Assembly (NCBI GenBank): GCA_030324005.1
Contig: JARDVH010000115.1
Span: 40,793,275 to 40,857,274 of the forward strand
Direction of reading: 5' to 3'
Source: Negaprion brevirostris
Taxonomy: Eukaryota
Length of the DNA stretch: 64,000 nucleotides
The notes beneath the pieces are model-generated. The model did no database searches. It was not told the origin of the DNA and saw only the letters and a program-made list of their open reading frames with translations. The position numbers were made by a program, and so were the translations under genes. Shown piece by piece: positions 39,781 to 53,030 of the stretch (position 1 is its first letter; each line of letters opens with the position of its first letter).

Positions 39781-42700
39781 GCAGTGTTTCACCTCAGTTG
39801 TTATACTTCAAAAATCTTTTCACTTCAAGGGAATGGGGGACAGCCTCAGTGTATGGAAATTCACTTTGAACAAACGGAGGTTCAGCAGTATATTTTAGTT
39901 CTCTTTCTGCTTCATTTCACAACTGAAAACAAAGGCAGGTGTAGTGTGTTAACTGGGGGGCAGACTTTGTTCTCTGGCTTTTTGGACATAAAGGGAGAGA
40001 GGGTGGGTTGGGGTGTGGGTTCTCATTAAGACAAAGGGCTGCAGCTGCTGTGATCAGGAAAAACGGCTGAGAGTTCTCTGCGAGCTACCAGGCAGATTTA
40101 GTGTATTTGCCATAGTGCAACTTGGAGGAGAAATTGCCAGAATGCATTGCTGGTGGTTTGGATATCTCCAAAACCTGAGGAAAGCACCATTATTTTCAGG
40201 TGTGAACATTTTGCACCTTAATCCCAATAAGACTTAACCTGGAGTCCCTTATTCCCATGGTAACCAAGGCACTGAAGCTTATCAACACAGCAGATTGCCT
40301 GAAGGATACCTGAGTGAATCCTGCTCTGTTCTATGCAGGGAAGAAATCCAGAAAACAAGATAAAATCCATTCTATCAATTATGTTTTTGAAATATATTTC
40401 AAAAAGGTTCAGATTGACAGTGTATACAGAACTGTACAGATTTAGTTGCAGTATGCAATCCTTTAACAGATTGATCTGAACAGCTGCTGTTATGGTTGCC
40501 ATGGAGGAGATTTATTCTCCTAAATTTGCACTGCTTTGCTAGACTGCTGAAATTTGTAAAAGGCGCAGAATTAAGAAGCAATGTGGCATATTTCCATCCT
40601 TCTGTCCCAGCAGCCCCTGTAGGAGTATAACTTTGAATGATTAATGTCACATTCCCAGGCAGTGTAATAGATTCAGCGATTTTATGTGTGGGTCTAGGAG
40701 ATTGTATTCAGCACAACCTATTAAGAAAGTATTATTATTTTAAGACAGATCAATGGATGCAAATCTAATGCATGTAGGTTTGAGCTATTGTTAATGCAAT
40801 CTTTTCATGTGATGGGGGACAAAGCATCTATCATCTGGGCAAAAGGTTTAAGATTGCAAAGATTAAGGTTTTATGGAATTAAGGTGAGAATAACACACTG
40901 GATTGGTGAAAATGAAAAAGCAAGAGTTAGAATTAAGGATAACTTTTCAGAGTGACTTGGTAGTGTTCAGTTTCTGGGGCCACCTGTGTTCAAATAAAAA
41001 TCAATTAATAGAATAGACTGTAGCCTGGTGGTGTGAAAATTTTCAATTGATACCAGAAAAAGTTTGACTTAATTCTTTAGAAGATTGAAGGAAGTTGTTA
41101 TGCTAAGACATCGATTAGGGTTTGGAAAGCAGAAGAAATTTAATGATTATAAATGAGTTGATTCATTTGGTTAAAAAAAATTAACAGCAGTAATTATACT
41201 CTGAATGGAAATAAACTTGGTATGCAGTATTACCACGTTGAGACAGTACTGAAATTCCTGTATCTTTTCCCTTACTGTTCATAATAATAAGTGTTTTTGA
41301 AAAGGGAATTTTGTGTGTTTCTCAACCTTTGAGTGTGTTCACTTTTTAAACAATTAGCAGCAAGCTTTTGTGGAGTTTAATTAAGAAGGATTATTTATTC
41401 ACACATTCACCCTGAAAGTCTCAATATCATGTCACTCACGTGCATGTATACATGTACATAGACACACACACACACGTGTACACATACTCGAGAAAGATAC
41501 AGTTCAAGAGGGTAGTGCATTTTTACAAGTTCTAAACAAAGGAATAGTTCATTGTCCACATGTTTGGCAAAGCAGTCATTGTGAATCTGTTGAAGAATAT
41601 CGTTCATTCCGAAAATGTAGTCTGCCTGGTTGCTGTAGCTGGGTGGTACATCAACATTGTTGCAGCATTCCCTCGAGGGGATGGCTTTTTCAGCACATCA
41701 CAAAATTGGTGACTTGTGGTTTATTTTAACCAATAGGCCAAGTTTCTGTTCTAGTAAACTCTGAAGAGAAATGGCTGGAGAGACCTCTAAGATGTCATAT
41801 CTCCAGGTTGGTTTGCAGTTGGTGTTCTGTAGTTGGTATTCTTTGCAGACAGCCCAGGCTCTCTGCTTCTTGGGCTAATACATTTGTTAACTGCACTCAG
41901 TTTCAGAAACATGGTGCACGTTTCAGTGCCTTCCTTTGTTCCCATACTGGATTGGAGCCAGGGTGATTGATACACAATGATGAAATGCTTGATAATCCAT
42001 TGACATTCCAGCCATGATTTGCTCACTGGAAGACATATTGGATCGCTTTCATTGAGTTGGTAAGGATGGTCACTTTGCGCCTGTTAAACCCATTTGCATT
42101 TGAGAACTTTCCAGGGGCATTTTCACACTGGAGTTAATCCTTTATGCAAAAGTCACCTGATCCTTGGCAGCCATCTTAGTGTTCTGTTTCATGTCCATTT
42201 TTAAAAGAAAGACAGTTCCAGAAAATTATGTATCTTTTTTACATAGAGGGCGGTGAATGTCTGGAATGCACTGCCCGGGGAGGTGATGGGAGCAGGTAAG
42301 ATAGCGGCATTTAGATGAATAGGATGGGAATGAAAGGATGCAGACTCTGTAAGTGCATATGGTTTTAGTTTAGGCAGGCATTATGATCGACGCAGACTTG
42401 GAGGTCTGAAGGGCCTGTTCCTGTGCTGTACTGTTCTCTGTGTTCTCTGAATGTGGTCTGTGTTTATAAATAGGACATATCTTCACTGGGCAAGGCAGAT
42501 TATTTCAAAGGACATTAAAGGCAACACCACAAGTTGATGTGACTACAGTAAAAGTAATTATGGAATTTTAGGTTTTACCGTGATATGTACAATATAAAAG
42601 TCGAGAGGTAATGATGAGCTGATTTAGAAGCTTAGGACCTCAATTAGAGTACCATATACAGTGATCTGCACCTTTCTAGAAGAAGCACATTGAAGGTTTT

Positions 42701-43079
42701 GAAAGGCTGCAACACAGATTCATTAGGAGGGTATCTGGTATGAGAAGATACAAATAAGGAAAAACACTTGGAAAAATCATATAAAATAGTTCAAACATTA
42801 TAGTTTACTGTGATTTACCTTTTTTTTAAAGAGGCATATTCCTATACTCTAGTTATCAGAAATATTCAGGGTAGTCCCAAAATCTTTTTTGAAAGCATGA
42901 CTTTTATTGTTTAAATTTGGTGCTTGATAATTATTGAACATTCACACTAGAGTATTTAAACACTCTTGCACAGCAGCATTGCTTTGTTAGAGATAAGACT
43001 GAAATTATGAATGGCTATGTTTGTGTTTTATGTCCTAACACTTTATCTCTTATCCATAAATAAACAATTTCCTACGTAG

Positions 43080-43352
43080 AATGAAACTGCAAAGAAGAAT
43101 TTTCTTCAAAAAGTTTCATCAAAGCAAGAAGAACAGGAGCTGAGTATTATGAGGAAAGGAGGTGATGTCAAGGCTATCAAATTTGACAAAGATGTGAAGG
43201 ATAAAAGCCAAAATAAACCAGAATTAACAACAAAGAGGTCCTTGAGTATAGCAAGAAATCTGCCACAGCAGTTAAAGGAGCCTTGTGGAAGTAAAAACCT
43301 GAGAAGCAAGGCTGTCGTACAGTCATCACAACAGAAGGAGCCGAGGCCAAAG
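43080..43352 (+). CDS. KIAA0586: TALPID3 coding exon (273 nt, phase 0 to 0): NETAKKNFLQKVSS...QQKEPRPK
   Basis: cgtAG acceptor and an open Lys/Gln-rich frame overlapping ORF 43149-43409. Phase 0 fits both neighbouring exons, and it occupies the position of the poorly conserved linker. The donor is AAG|GTGAAG, or alternatively AAG|GTTACA after 43358. Confidence 0.75.
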
Positions 43353-43897
43353 GTGAAGGTTACAACTATTATGAGTCATTGTCATTCAATTTTGCATTTC
43401 TTATGTTAAGAAAATTAAATTCAATGATCCAGTTTAATGATACGTTTTTATAAAAACACAGCGTGAAAATAATGTCATACTAAATATGAGTGCCTTGTCA
43501 TGATTCGTTTTATAATACTTTCAAGACGTCGTTAAGAAAGTACCAAATATATACATTATACAACAGTGAAAAATATAATTTTAACTGAATTATTTTGGAA
43601 AGCTCTTGTTTTAAATTTCCAATTCCTGGTTACTGTTGCATGGTTCCACAAACACCAATATCACCTAATTAATTATTGTGCCTCGGGAGTTGGGCAAGAT
43701 TTTCAACCCAGGTGGGGGTGAATACAGAGGTAAGTGTGCATGCACAGAAGTTCATGCCACTGGTTGGCATGCTGATTTGCCAGCACTAACCTGCCACAGG
43801 GCCATGTTCCTTGAGGCAGAGTTGGGATTGGGAGGGCAGCCCATCTGTAGACAATGGAGCCAATTAAGCTGGTTAAATGGCCTTAAGGCCTATTGAT

Positions 43898-44193
43898 GAT
43901 GTGGGTATGCCGTGACTTGCCTGGGTTTGCAAAACCTCACTTACTGTACTGTCTGGAGACAATACACATCTCTGTAGCCTGTGATCNNNNNNNNNNNNNN
44001 NNNNNNNNNNNNNNNNNNNNNNNNNNNNNNNNNNNNNNNNNNNNNNNNNNNNNNNNNNNNNNNNNNNNNNNNNNNNNNNNNNNNNNAGAACTCTCCATTC
44101 ACCTGACGAAGGGGCTAACCCCGAAAGCTTGTGAGTCTATTATCAAATAAATTGGTTGGACTATAACCTGGTGTTGTCAGTCTTTTTACTGTG
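43898..44193 (+). mobile_element. Penelope-like terminal-repeat element with 16-bp target-site duplication
   Basis: cttaaggcctattgat occurs at 43882-43897 and 44194-44209. The interior matches the PLE family in reverse complement and contains an N gap. Confidence 0.78.
44098..44135 (+). ncRNA. Minimal type I hammerhead ribozyme motif (PLE-associated)
   Basis: UUCAC-CUGACGA-A-GGGG(CUAA)CCCC-GAAA-GCUU-GUGAG: conserved core boxes, stem II hairpin, palindromic stem III and a 5-bp stem I. Confidence 0.75.
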
Positions 44194-46099
44194 CTTAAGG
44201 CCTATTGATAGAGGCCAACTTGAATTTTCATCAGGGAATAGGTTAGCTGTCTGGAGGCAGCCCATGGCAGCATTTAGGATGGCTGAAGCTCCAGGCAGGC
44301 TTTGAAGGCCTCATGCTTGCCTGACTACACCTGTAGCTGCAGCTTGCCTTGTACTGATGTACCCACTTCGCAATGACAGCCCAGCTATTGAGGGCATTTT
44401 TCAAATTTAAAAGTTTTAAAATTCGGAGAGGGTTCCTTAGAATGGAGATGCCCCTTCTCTCATCTGAACCAGCGCTTCTGACCTGGAGGGTCTCCCATTG
44501 GTTCTTCAGGTTTGAGAGCCTGCCCCATTCTTAAATGGATAGTGAGCTGACTTCTGGCCAATAATTTTTCAATTTTGGGGACAATCGCTCTCAGGTGACT
44601 CTTTCTCATGCAGTGCTGTGTTTCACTCTATTTGGCCCCAGCGCCAAGGTCTCGACCCAAAACCCAAAATCTTGCCCTTGATGTTGGCAACCTATTTAAT
44701 TATGAGGACCATTACAATTGCACCTAGTGCTGATCTCTCCTGAATCACTGAAGGAATTTCTCATTTAACTCAACCAGATACTTCAGCGCAGTACCAAGGG
44801 AGCGCTGCACATCGACTTTATAAACATCCTATACAGCACCTTTCATATTCTTGGACACATGATACTGTGCCTGTAAGAAATGTATTTTTATCATTTTTTT
44901 TTGTAAGGGGGATGGTTAAAATTCAGCTCTGTTTAATACAGTGCCAATTTGTCTGCACCAGTCAGCTCTCATGCTGAGAATGCAGGCTAATAATTGATTG
45001 TCCTTTGAATGAGACTTTTAACTGACTTGACATTGCCTTCACCCAGCAGTTCTGATGGATATTAAAGATCTCACAGCAGTATTTTTGTAGGACTCATAGC
45101 CTGTTCACCAAACAAAAACAGATTATCTTGATTGTTCATTGCATTGATGTGAGATTTGCTGTGCCATATCATTACTAAGTTTGCATAAATCACTGTACTT
45201 CAAAACAATTCACTGAAATGCTTGATGAAAGGCTTTTTAGAATCATAAAATCCCTACAGTACAGAAGGAGGCCATTCAGCCCATGAGTTTGCACTGATCA
45301 CAACCCTACCCATCCCCATAACTCCACGTATTTACCCTGCTAGTCCCCCTGACATTAAGGGGCAATTTACCATGGCCAATCAACCTAACCTGCACATCTT
45401 TGGACTTAAATACTCACAAATACCTTTTCCGATGAATCCTAACCCTTTGGGACAGAGACACTGTGATCAACTGTAGACTTCTACTTACTGTCAGCTGAAT
45501 TTAGCTGGATAAGTACTGGTCGTGTACCCAACCTTGGTTTAACTTAATACTGGGCATTACTGCCGAAGGCTTCAATGAAATGTTCCTATTCATATTTTAC
45601 ATTATTGAATAAGATTTTAAATTGATCCACTGCAGAAGTGAATCATAGATTTACACTTACAGATAAAAATTGGGGACATTCATCTCTGCCACTTACATTG
45701 GCAGACAGATAAAGTTTTCAGTTGAAAAATGGACTTTATATTACAAATCTATTAGCACTGATAATGGGAGTAAAAAATTGGTGATTTAAAAATAAGGCTA
45801 GGAATTCAAATGCTTATATTTCACAGAAATATAAAGAAGTGAAAAAAATCTTTGTCTTTCACTCTATTCACCTGCTGCTGCTATTACCGCTTATAGCTAT
45901 TCCTACCAGGAGATCTGCTGTCATGTTATGTCATGCGTGTCTGTTTTGTGCTACCTTCACCCTTCCATTGTTGCTTCTCTGCAACTGCACTTTGATTTTT
46001 ATCATCCAGCTACACCTAGGTCGAACCCTTTTATTGCTGCTTTTGCCTTTGCCCTCCGGAAGGCATTTCTAGATTTTCAGCTCTGACCAAGTGGCCTAG

Positions 46100-47050
46100 C
46101 TATTGATGTTTTCCTTTCTGTTTGTCACCTTTCAGAGTTCCATTTGCTCTTAATTTTTCTGTATATGGAATTTTAAGCATACATCTCAGTATCCACATTT
46201 CAAAATCTCCTATTTTCTTTATCTATTGTCCAGGTTTCTGAAGCATACAGAAAAGTGGATTGAATGTAGCATCTAACGCGTTTTTTTCCTTGTTTCTAGC
46301 TTGAGTTTTCTTGTTCTTAATACATCTTTCATCTTCACAAAATTAGTCTGGCTAGCTCTAACCTCATTTCTGCATCACATCTGCCTACTTCTGTTCTTTT
46401 TGTCCTAAAAAGTCAGATTTATCTTCTTGTTCCAGTGTGACACCATTCACTTAAATTTTCACTCTAGTTTATTCTAATGTATTCCTTCTAACTACCATTG
46501 TTTTTGTCTTTTTGGTGTTCATATTTAATCAATTTTCTAAACTTACAGATGTTGCTTAATCTATGNNNNNNNNNNNNNNNNNNNNNNNNNNNNNNNNNNN
46601 NNNNNNNNNNNNNNNNNNNNNNNNNNNNNNNNNNNNNNNNNNNNNNNNNNNNNNNNNNNNNNNNNGATGTTGCTTAATCTATGATATTTTGTTGGGCCTC
46701 TTCGATTCTGCAAGGAGCACTGTGTCATCAGTATAGCACAAGTTTGTTACGTTCTTGTCTCCCATTGTTACTCTGGAAGTACATCTAATTCTCTGAAAAT
46801 TTGTTCTGTGTACAGATTGAATAATTTTGGCAACAGTATACAGCCTTGTCATACTCCTCTCTTCACTTGAAGCATATCTGATCGTCCTTCTTCTTGCCAG
46901 ATGCTTGTTCTTTGATTCCAATATAGACTCTGGATTAAATCCCAAACTTTACTGTCAGTGTCACATTTGAGCGACACTCCTATTAGCTTTTGGTGATGAA
47001 CACTCTTCCATCTTAAATGAAGCAACTCTATTACCTATGGGCCTTATTCT
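46100..47050 (-). mobile_element. RTE-clade LINE fragment
   Basis: VTNLCYTDDTVLLAES resembles the RTE RT motif NLRYADDTVLLAES. Confidence 0.65.
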
Positions 47051-49581
47051 CCTAGATATCTAATGATTTTGCTGTATCCTAATTTTTAATAATCTACAAA
47101 TTTAAAATCAATTTATTCAAAACATTTGCCATCATGAAAGACTGAACAGTGTGGTGCAAAGATTTGAGGGACTTGCCTCCATAGTGCCATTGCTGCAATA
47201 AGTGAGTTGAGAGGGAACAGAACTTCTACCAACCAAACCAATTCTTATTTTGGGATGTCACATTTTTTCTGGGTCTTGGTCAGTTAATTATGCCCTTTCA
47301 CTGAGGTTCTGCCACTGTGAGGAGAGAAATTACTTGCTGCTTTTGGGAACTACATGCAGCACATGAAATCAGCAAGGCAAATGATAAAGCAAACAGATGT
47401 TCTCTAAATTTTAAACTCCAACGCCAAAGAATAGTTGCAGAAGTTTTGGGAAGGACTTCTGGTCAGATCCCTTTCCTGCTCCTGCCTCCCACAATTACTA
47501 TCCCCTCCCTTTTGTTGATCTTTTTTAGTCATCCAGTGGAAGCAATGACAGGAAATTAGTCATATTCCCGATCTACTTCCTTGGCATCATTTACCTACTG
47601 CAGAAAGAGTAATGGATGGGCAGCTGATGTCATTGGTGGTGGAGAAGAGGAGGAAAAAGGGAGACAGTTATAGGAATGGCCAATCAATCAGACCACGTCA
47701 ACTATCTTGCCTTCTCCCAGGCATGTACATTTAGAATTGGAAATTGGAGATTGATTAATGTTTGAGCTTCTACACGGATTTTCATGTGTGTTTAGGGTAA
47801 CCTGACCTGTGCACTTTTCCACCTTCTGAAATGCAAACCTAACCTGTGTGTGATTCACCCTGGAATGTTGTCTTTTCACACAGGGTTTGCATTTGTAATA
47901 CATTTTGAGTCATAAGAACATAAGAAATAGGAGCAGGAGTAGGCCATCTAGCCCCTCGAGCCTGCCCCGCCATTCAATAAGNNNNNNNNNNNNNNNNNNN
48001 NNNNNNNNNNNNNNNNNNNNNNNNNNNNNNNNNNNNNNNNNNNNNNNNNNNNNNNNNNNNNNNNNNNNNNNNNNNNNNNNNTGCGGCCTCACCAGTGCCC
48101 TATACAGCTGTAGCAAGACCTCCCTACTTTTATATTCAATCCCCCTCGCTATGAAGGCTTGTCATATCCCCCTCGTCATGAAGAAGTGCATCTCTGTTCT
48201 TGGAGACAACAACCTGGCTCCCAATATCGTTTAAAGGCACCATAAACCTTAACCATCACACATTGCCCTCATCTCACCCATGCACTCTTATTTTCTATGC
48301 CCCTCCAAGATCCCCCATGCATCTCAGATATCCATGTTATTCCCATACTCATTCTTTGTCACCCATTTATGCTCCATTGTCATTCATGCAGCATTTATTA
48401 TGTACAGTTCTCTGGAGCTAGGCAAAGCAATGGTAATCCTTTTGAATTTATTGAAACATATGACAATCTAATAAAATTATTATTCAGACATATTGCCATT
48501 GATATTGCAAAATAATGTACCCATTGAAAGAGAAATTAATTCTTTTAAGTAGCCATTAAGTTACATAAACAAATGGCCATTACCCTGAAACTGCATCAGC
48601 AGTAGGGTATTTTGTTAGAACCGCAAAATCATCAGTCATTCCACTGAACAGTGTGTCAATGGACCATTGACTTTTAGAATTCAGCCAAACATTCATAACA
48701 ACCACAGTTATCAAAACCCCAAAAACTGAAATAAAAAAAACAAGTAATGTCTTTTGCATTTCAAATCAATCAATCAATAGAGAGGAGCAGGTGCAGAGAT
48801 TGCTTTCAACTTTCAAAATTTGGAGTTTTTTTTCCACAGTCAGAGCTGGTCTGTACATTTAAATCCCAATGCCAAACATGACATTGAGGGTTTTCCAACT
48901 TGTATGTCCATGTTTATGAATACATCATGGTACTTTTTCAAGTTGATAAAGTACATTAATGCATTGTTTGTAATGGAACAAGTATTGTAATGTATGTCAA
49001 TATTTACACAATGATGGTCAATGCAATGGTCAACTTAACTTTGTAGAACAAATCCCTATGATAATCACTACTTTAAAAGCACATTTACATTATACTACAG
49101 CATCTCACAGTGACATTTGAAGGTGTAAAAACATTTTGCACTTACCGATCAGAATGTCCCTGATTCCTTAGCAGGTTTTCTCCAGTGAACATGAATTTTC
49201 CAAGGATGTATATTTTTCAGGGCTTCCAAAACCTATATCAACACATGAAGATTGTGTGGTGGAGTAAATACAATGCTTCTGTGGTTCCTCTTCAGTGGGA
49301 ATCCCCAACTTGGAAGGGATGTCTCTGCATTTTGTAGCCAGGATTTCCTGATCTGTAAAAGGACGTGAGATCAGGAAACCAAAAGAAAATTAATTTTCCA
49401 GCTGTTAGGTCCTGGACCAGAACCCTTAGTTACATTAGGATGCCAGACCAGACCCCAACAATTTTTCTATTTTGGCATAAATGTGAGGAAAGGATACTTC
49501 CTTCCAGGAATGATTCCACTGACCAAGTAGGGATCCTTTATATTTAAACAAATGTTATTTAATAACACAGTTTAAATATGG

Positions 49582-49885
49582 CAGCGTGGTGGCATGGTGG
49601 TTAGCAGTGCTGCCTCATAGCACCAGGGACCCACGTTCAATACTGGCCTCAGGTAAGTATCTGTGTGGAATTTGTACATTCTCCATCTTTCTGTCTGGGT
49701 TTCCTCTGGGTGCTCCGGTTTCCACCCATTCTCCAAAGATGTGCAGGTTAGGCTGATTGGCCATGCTGAATTGGCCCCTAGCATCAGGGATTTAGCAAAG
49801 TAAGTGGGGATAGGGCTTATCTGGGATTATTGTCGGTGAAGGGTTGATGGGTCAAATGGCCTCCTCCTGCACTGTAGGGATTGTA
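49582..49885 (+). mobile_element. HE1-like SINE
   Basis: Same family, near full length. Confidence 0.85.
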
Positions 49886-50575
49886 TTGTGTAACTCTAAC
49901 AAAGGGAACAAGTTAATAATTAACAGTATTTAAAATTGAAACAGAAACAACTTTAACTTCTAACTTATCACTTTTTCAGTTCCAAATAGGCAACATTTTT
50001 CTTACAGACTTAAATATCACTTTAAATTTACTTAGCAACCATATATATACTATAATGTAGTCATCCTTGAAGCTTTCAGAGAGACAGTTCCAAAAACCTG
50101 CCAAATCCTTCCAACTTCAGCCGCAATCTAATGCGTTCTGCAAAAGCTTTTTTTTTCTCTACTACAGACCCAGGCTGCATATAAACCACATCATTACATG
50201 ACCCTGTCAATTACTGTAATCAGAAATCCCAGGGGAACTTACGTAAACAAAAGTCCATTAACCCTACTTAACATAGCCGCTTGTAAGGCTAAAGTGAATA
50301 ATTGCAATGCTGTCCCAACATCTGAGTTGCATTCCCCCCAGACATACTGACTGTCTGTAGCATGAATTTTTAAACATTCCCCTTAAATATATATTTTATA
50401 AATATATCTCCATATCAATTGCACCATCATCATCACATAGCAAAACAGAACTAAGTTCACTGTTTCAAAACCCGATTCCCATTTCCTTTGGAGACAAAAT
50501 TTCGACCCAACATGAATAATTAAACTTTGGAGTTGACAGACATGCACAAAACTAATTTTGTATTTTCTGATACAG

Positions 50576-50768
50576 ATATTGGCTGATGTGAATAGGAGTA
50601 CTTTGACTGACCCAGTGCTGCAAAGTGAAGATTACCTCAGAAGAATATATGGAAAGGCAGTTTATCAGGGCCATCGCAGTACATATAAAAAAGACCCATA
50701 TCTGAGGGTGAACTCTCCTGTACCAAAGTCCAAACCTCAGAGGCTTAAAGTGGTTGAGAATATTAAGG
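50576..50768 (+). CDS. KIAA0586: TALPID3 coding exon (193 nt, phase 0 to 1): ILADVNRS...[47 protein letters not shown]
   Basis: tacAG acceptor and G|GTGAGT donor. Strong match to the recalled human motif [45 protein letters not shown]. Confidence 0.93.
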
Positions 50769-52679
50769 GTGAGTGATTTGTTTCATTCTAAATTGTGTTT
50801 GATGTTTTACCATTTATGTTGTTCTTCAGATTTGTTCTGCTGTTCTGGCTTTAGGAAATGTCTCACAAGTCTGGTTCTGTTTAATCAGTCAGGCAAGGCT
50901 TGCACGTTTAATCTGATTCTCCCTCCAATTTGAATCTGCATTTAATTAAATGAAGAGACCGTAATGATGCTGATTTACCATTAAGTAGGTCATTACCAGA
51001 TGTGTTTAATTACAGCAACAATGAATGGCTTAGTAATACATGAAGATGTCTGCAATAATTTATTCATTTTATTCCTAATCATGTATATATTTGTGTTTTC
51101 AGGGGAGAAAACTTACCAAACTCACTTCAAAGGAAGCTTAATCAGATGCAAGCTACCCATATGTTACAGAGCTGCATAGATCTAGTTGTAGTTGACTTTT
51201 CTTAGCATTTAAAATGTAAATAATACTGAGTTGGATTGGGCTTTTTTGACATCTATGATAGAAATGGTCTTTAAATTTTTTTGCATACTGAAACTTTCTC
51301 TTCAACAAACTGAGGTAAGAAACATGAAGGGAAGGAAGATTATATAAAACAGACAGTGTTTGAGTCACTTGTTGCCCACTTGTGGTTGAAACAATTTGCA
51401 GACTACCACCACCACCCAGGCTTCTATCCATAACACCAACTTGCATTTGGATAGCAGTTTTTACACAACAAGACAATGCATTTCAGAACTCGATAGTAGA
51501 ATGACTCGGGGTGGGATTTACTGCACAGATCACTGTATGTTTCGCGGTGGTGGGAGGAGATTGGCGGTGGAATCTTCTGGTCCAGCCATTGTCAATGGGA
51601 TTTCCTAATGAATGCATCCCTCACTGCTGCCATGAAACCCACAGCGTGCACGCATTGTCGGTGGACTAGAAGATCCTGCTGTGTAAATGGCCAGAAATGG
51701 TCAGTTCTGCTTTATCACTTTACTGCATCAATGTACTTAACAAACAGATCTCCAAAAATAGCTGATTCAATTGTTTCACAACTCCGAAGAATACTATGGG
51801 TTGCTTTCATTTGGGAAACAAGTTTATTTTGTAACTTTTTATATGTGTATTTTTGAGTGAAATATGATTCTGCAGCAGCAGAGGAAGAGCAGTCCAAGTG
51901 TTCTATGCTCTGAGATGAAAGTTCATTCTTCCAGTCGTAAAGGTGATAGAAGGAAGAATAGAGAACAACATAAGGAAAGACAGAAAGAGAAAAGGATAAA
52001 GAATAGATTAAGGAAAGATAGAAGAAAGATGAATGATGGAAAAACAAAGNNNNNNNNNNNNNNNNNNNNNNNNNNNNNNNNNNNNNNNNNNNNNNNNNNN
52101 NNNNNNNNNNNNNNNNNNNNNNNNNNNNNNNNNNNNNNNNNNNNNNNNNATTAGATAGTCTGTGAGAAATTGAGCTTCTTAGCACCCAATTTGGGTGCTG
52201 TTTTGTCCTTTGAGCTTCAAAATGTATCCATGCCACACATGCGCACTTATGGGATGAATTTCTCTGGAAGGTATCTTGGTACAAGTGTGAGTCGGTGCAC
52301 AGTGGGCACCTGCCGGAATTATTCAGAGCAGACAGATCATGACATCAATTGGCATGCAAGCTGATTTGATGCTAGTGATGGCATTGTGGATCTGTATGCT
52401 CCAGTTAGTGCCATTTCTTAACCCTACACAATTGAACAAACATTCAACAGCAGAGAGAAATGCCAACCCATGCTATTTAAAAAGATCAACAACCACTTAA
52501 CAGTTTAGCTACCGGTTGAGTTCTTCTGGCTGTTACTTTGGTTCAACAAGTGTTTGATTCAAACACTATAGTTGAAAAGGACTACAGGAGTGGTGTAGCA
52601 GGTGCTGAAGAAGTTTTTTACTGACTTCAGGACTCCTCGTAAACTAGTTGCTCCTCGACATGGAATGGAGCATGACTGG

Positions 52680-53030
52680 AGGAATAAACAACGGTCATGC
52701 AAAGAAAAACAAACAGTTGCAAAGAGAGAGGATGCGGGGAAGGGCTGTCTGAAGGAGGCCTTCCACCCATGGAGCTAATTCTTCTGCCTGAAACTCAGTG
52801 ATGAACAATATGTGAGATGTCTGTGCTTCATCAAGGACTTCCTCACTGAAATCTGCCACCTGTTGCAACCACAACAGCAACCTCAGACCAGGGAAAAGAC
52901 CATTTGCTAGTGGTTGTAAAGGTGATTGCGGCAATGAAATTTTGTGCATCTGGCTCCTTCCAAGCTGAAGCTGGATATATTTGTAAAATTTCAGTTTGCC
53001 ATCCACTATTGCATGTCACTGAGGCAGTCT
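52680..53030 (+). mobile_element. PIF/Harbinger transposase remnant
   Basis: TEICHLLQP...VVKVIAAMKFCASGSFQ resembles Harbinger/HARBI1-type transposases. Weaker related remnants are at 4370-4720, 8680-10780 and 60800-62200. Confidence 0.6.

Noticed and set aside
41437-41490. Alternating purine-pyrimidine (CA/TG) tract
   Set aside because: An ordinary decayed microsatellite.
46548-46683. gatgttgcttaatctatg repeated on both sides of a 100-N gap
   Set aside because: Most likely a contig overlap or the target duplication of an unassembled TE; it cannot be interpreted.
51103-51314. Possible cassette exon (ttttcAG ... GAG|GTAAGA)
   Set aside because: It contains stops in the TALPID3 frame and shows no recognisable homology. 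The flanking exons join correctly without it, so it is unsupported without RNA data.
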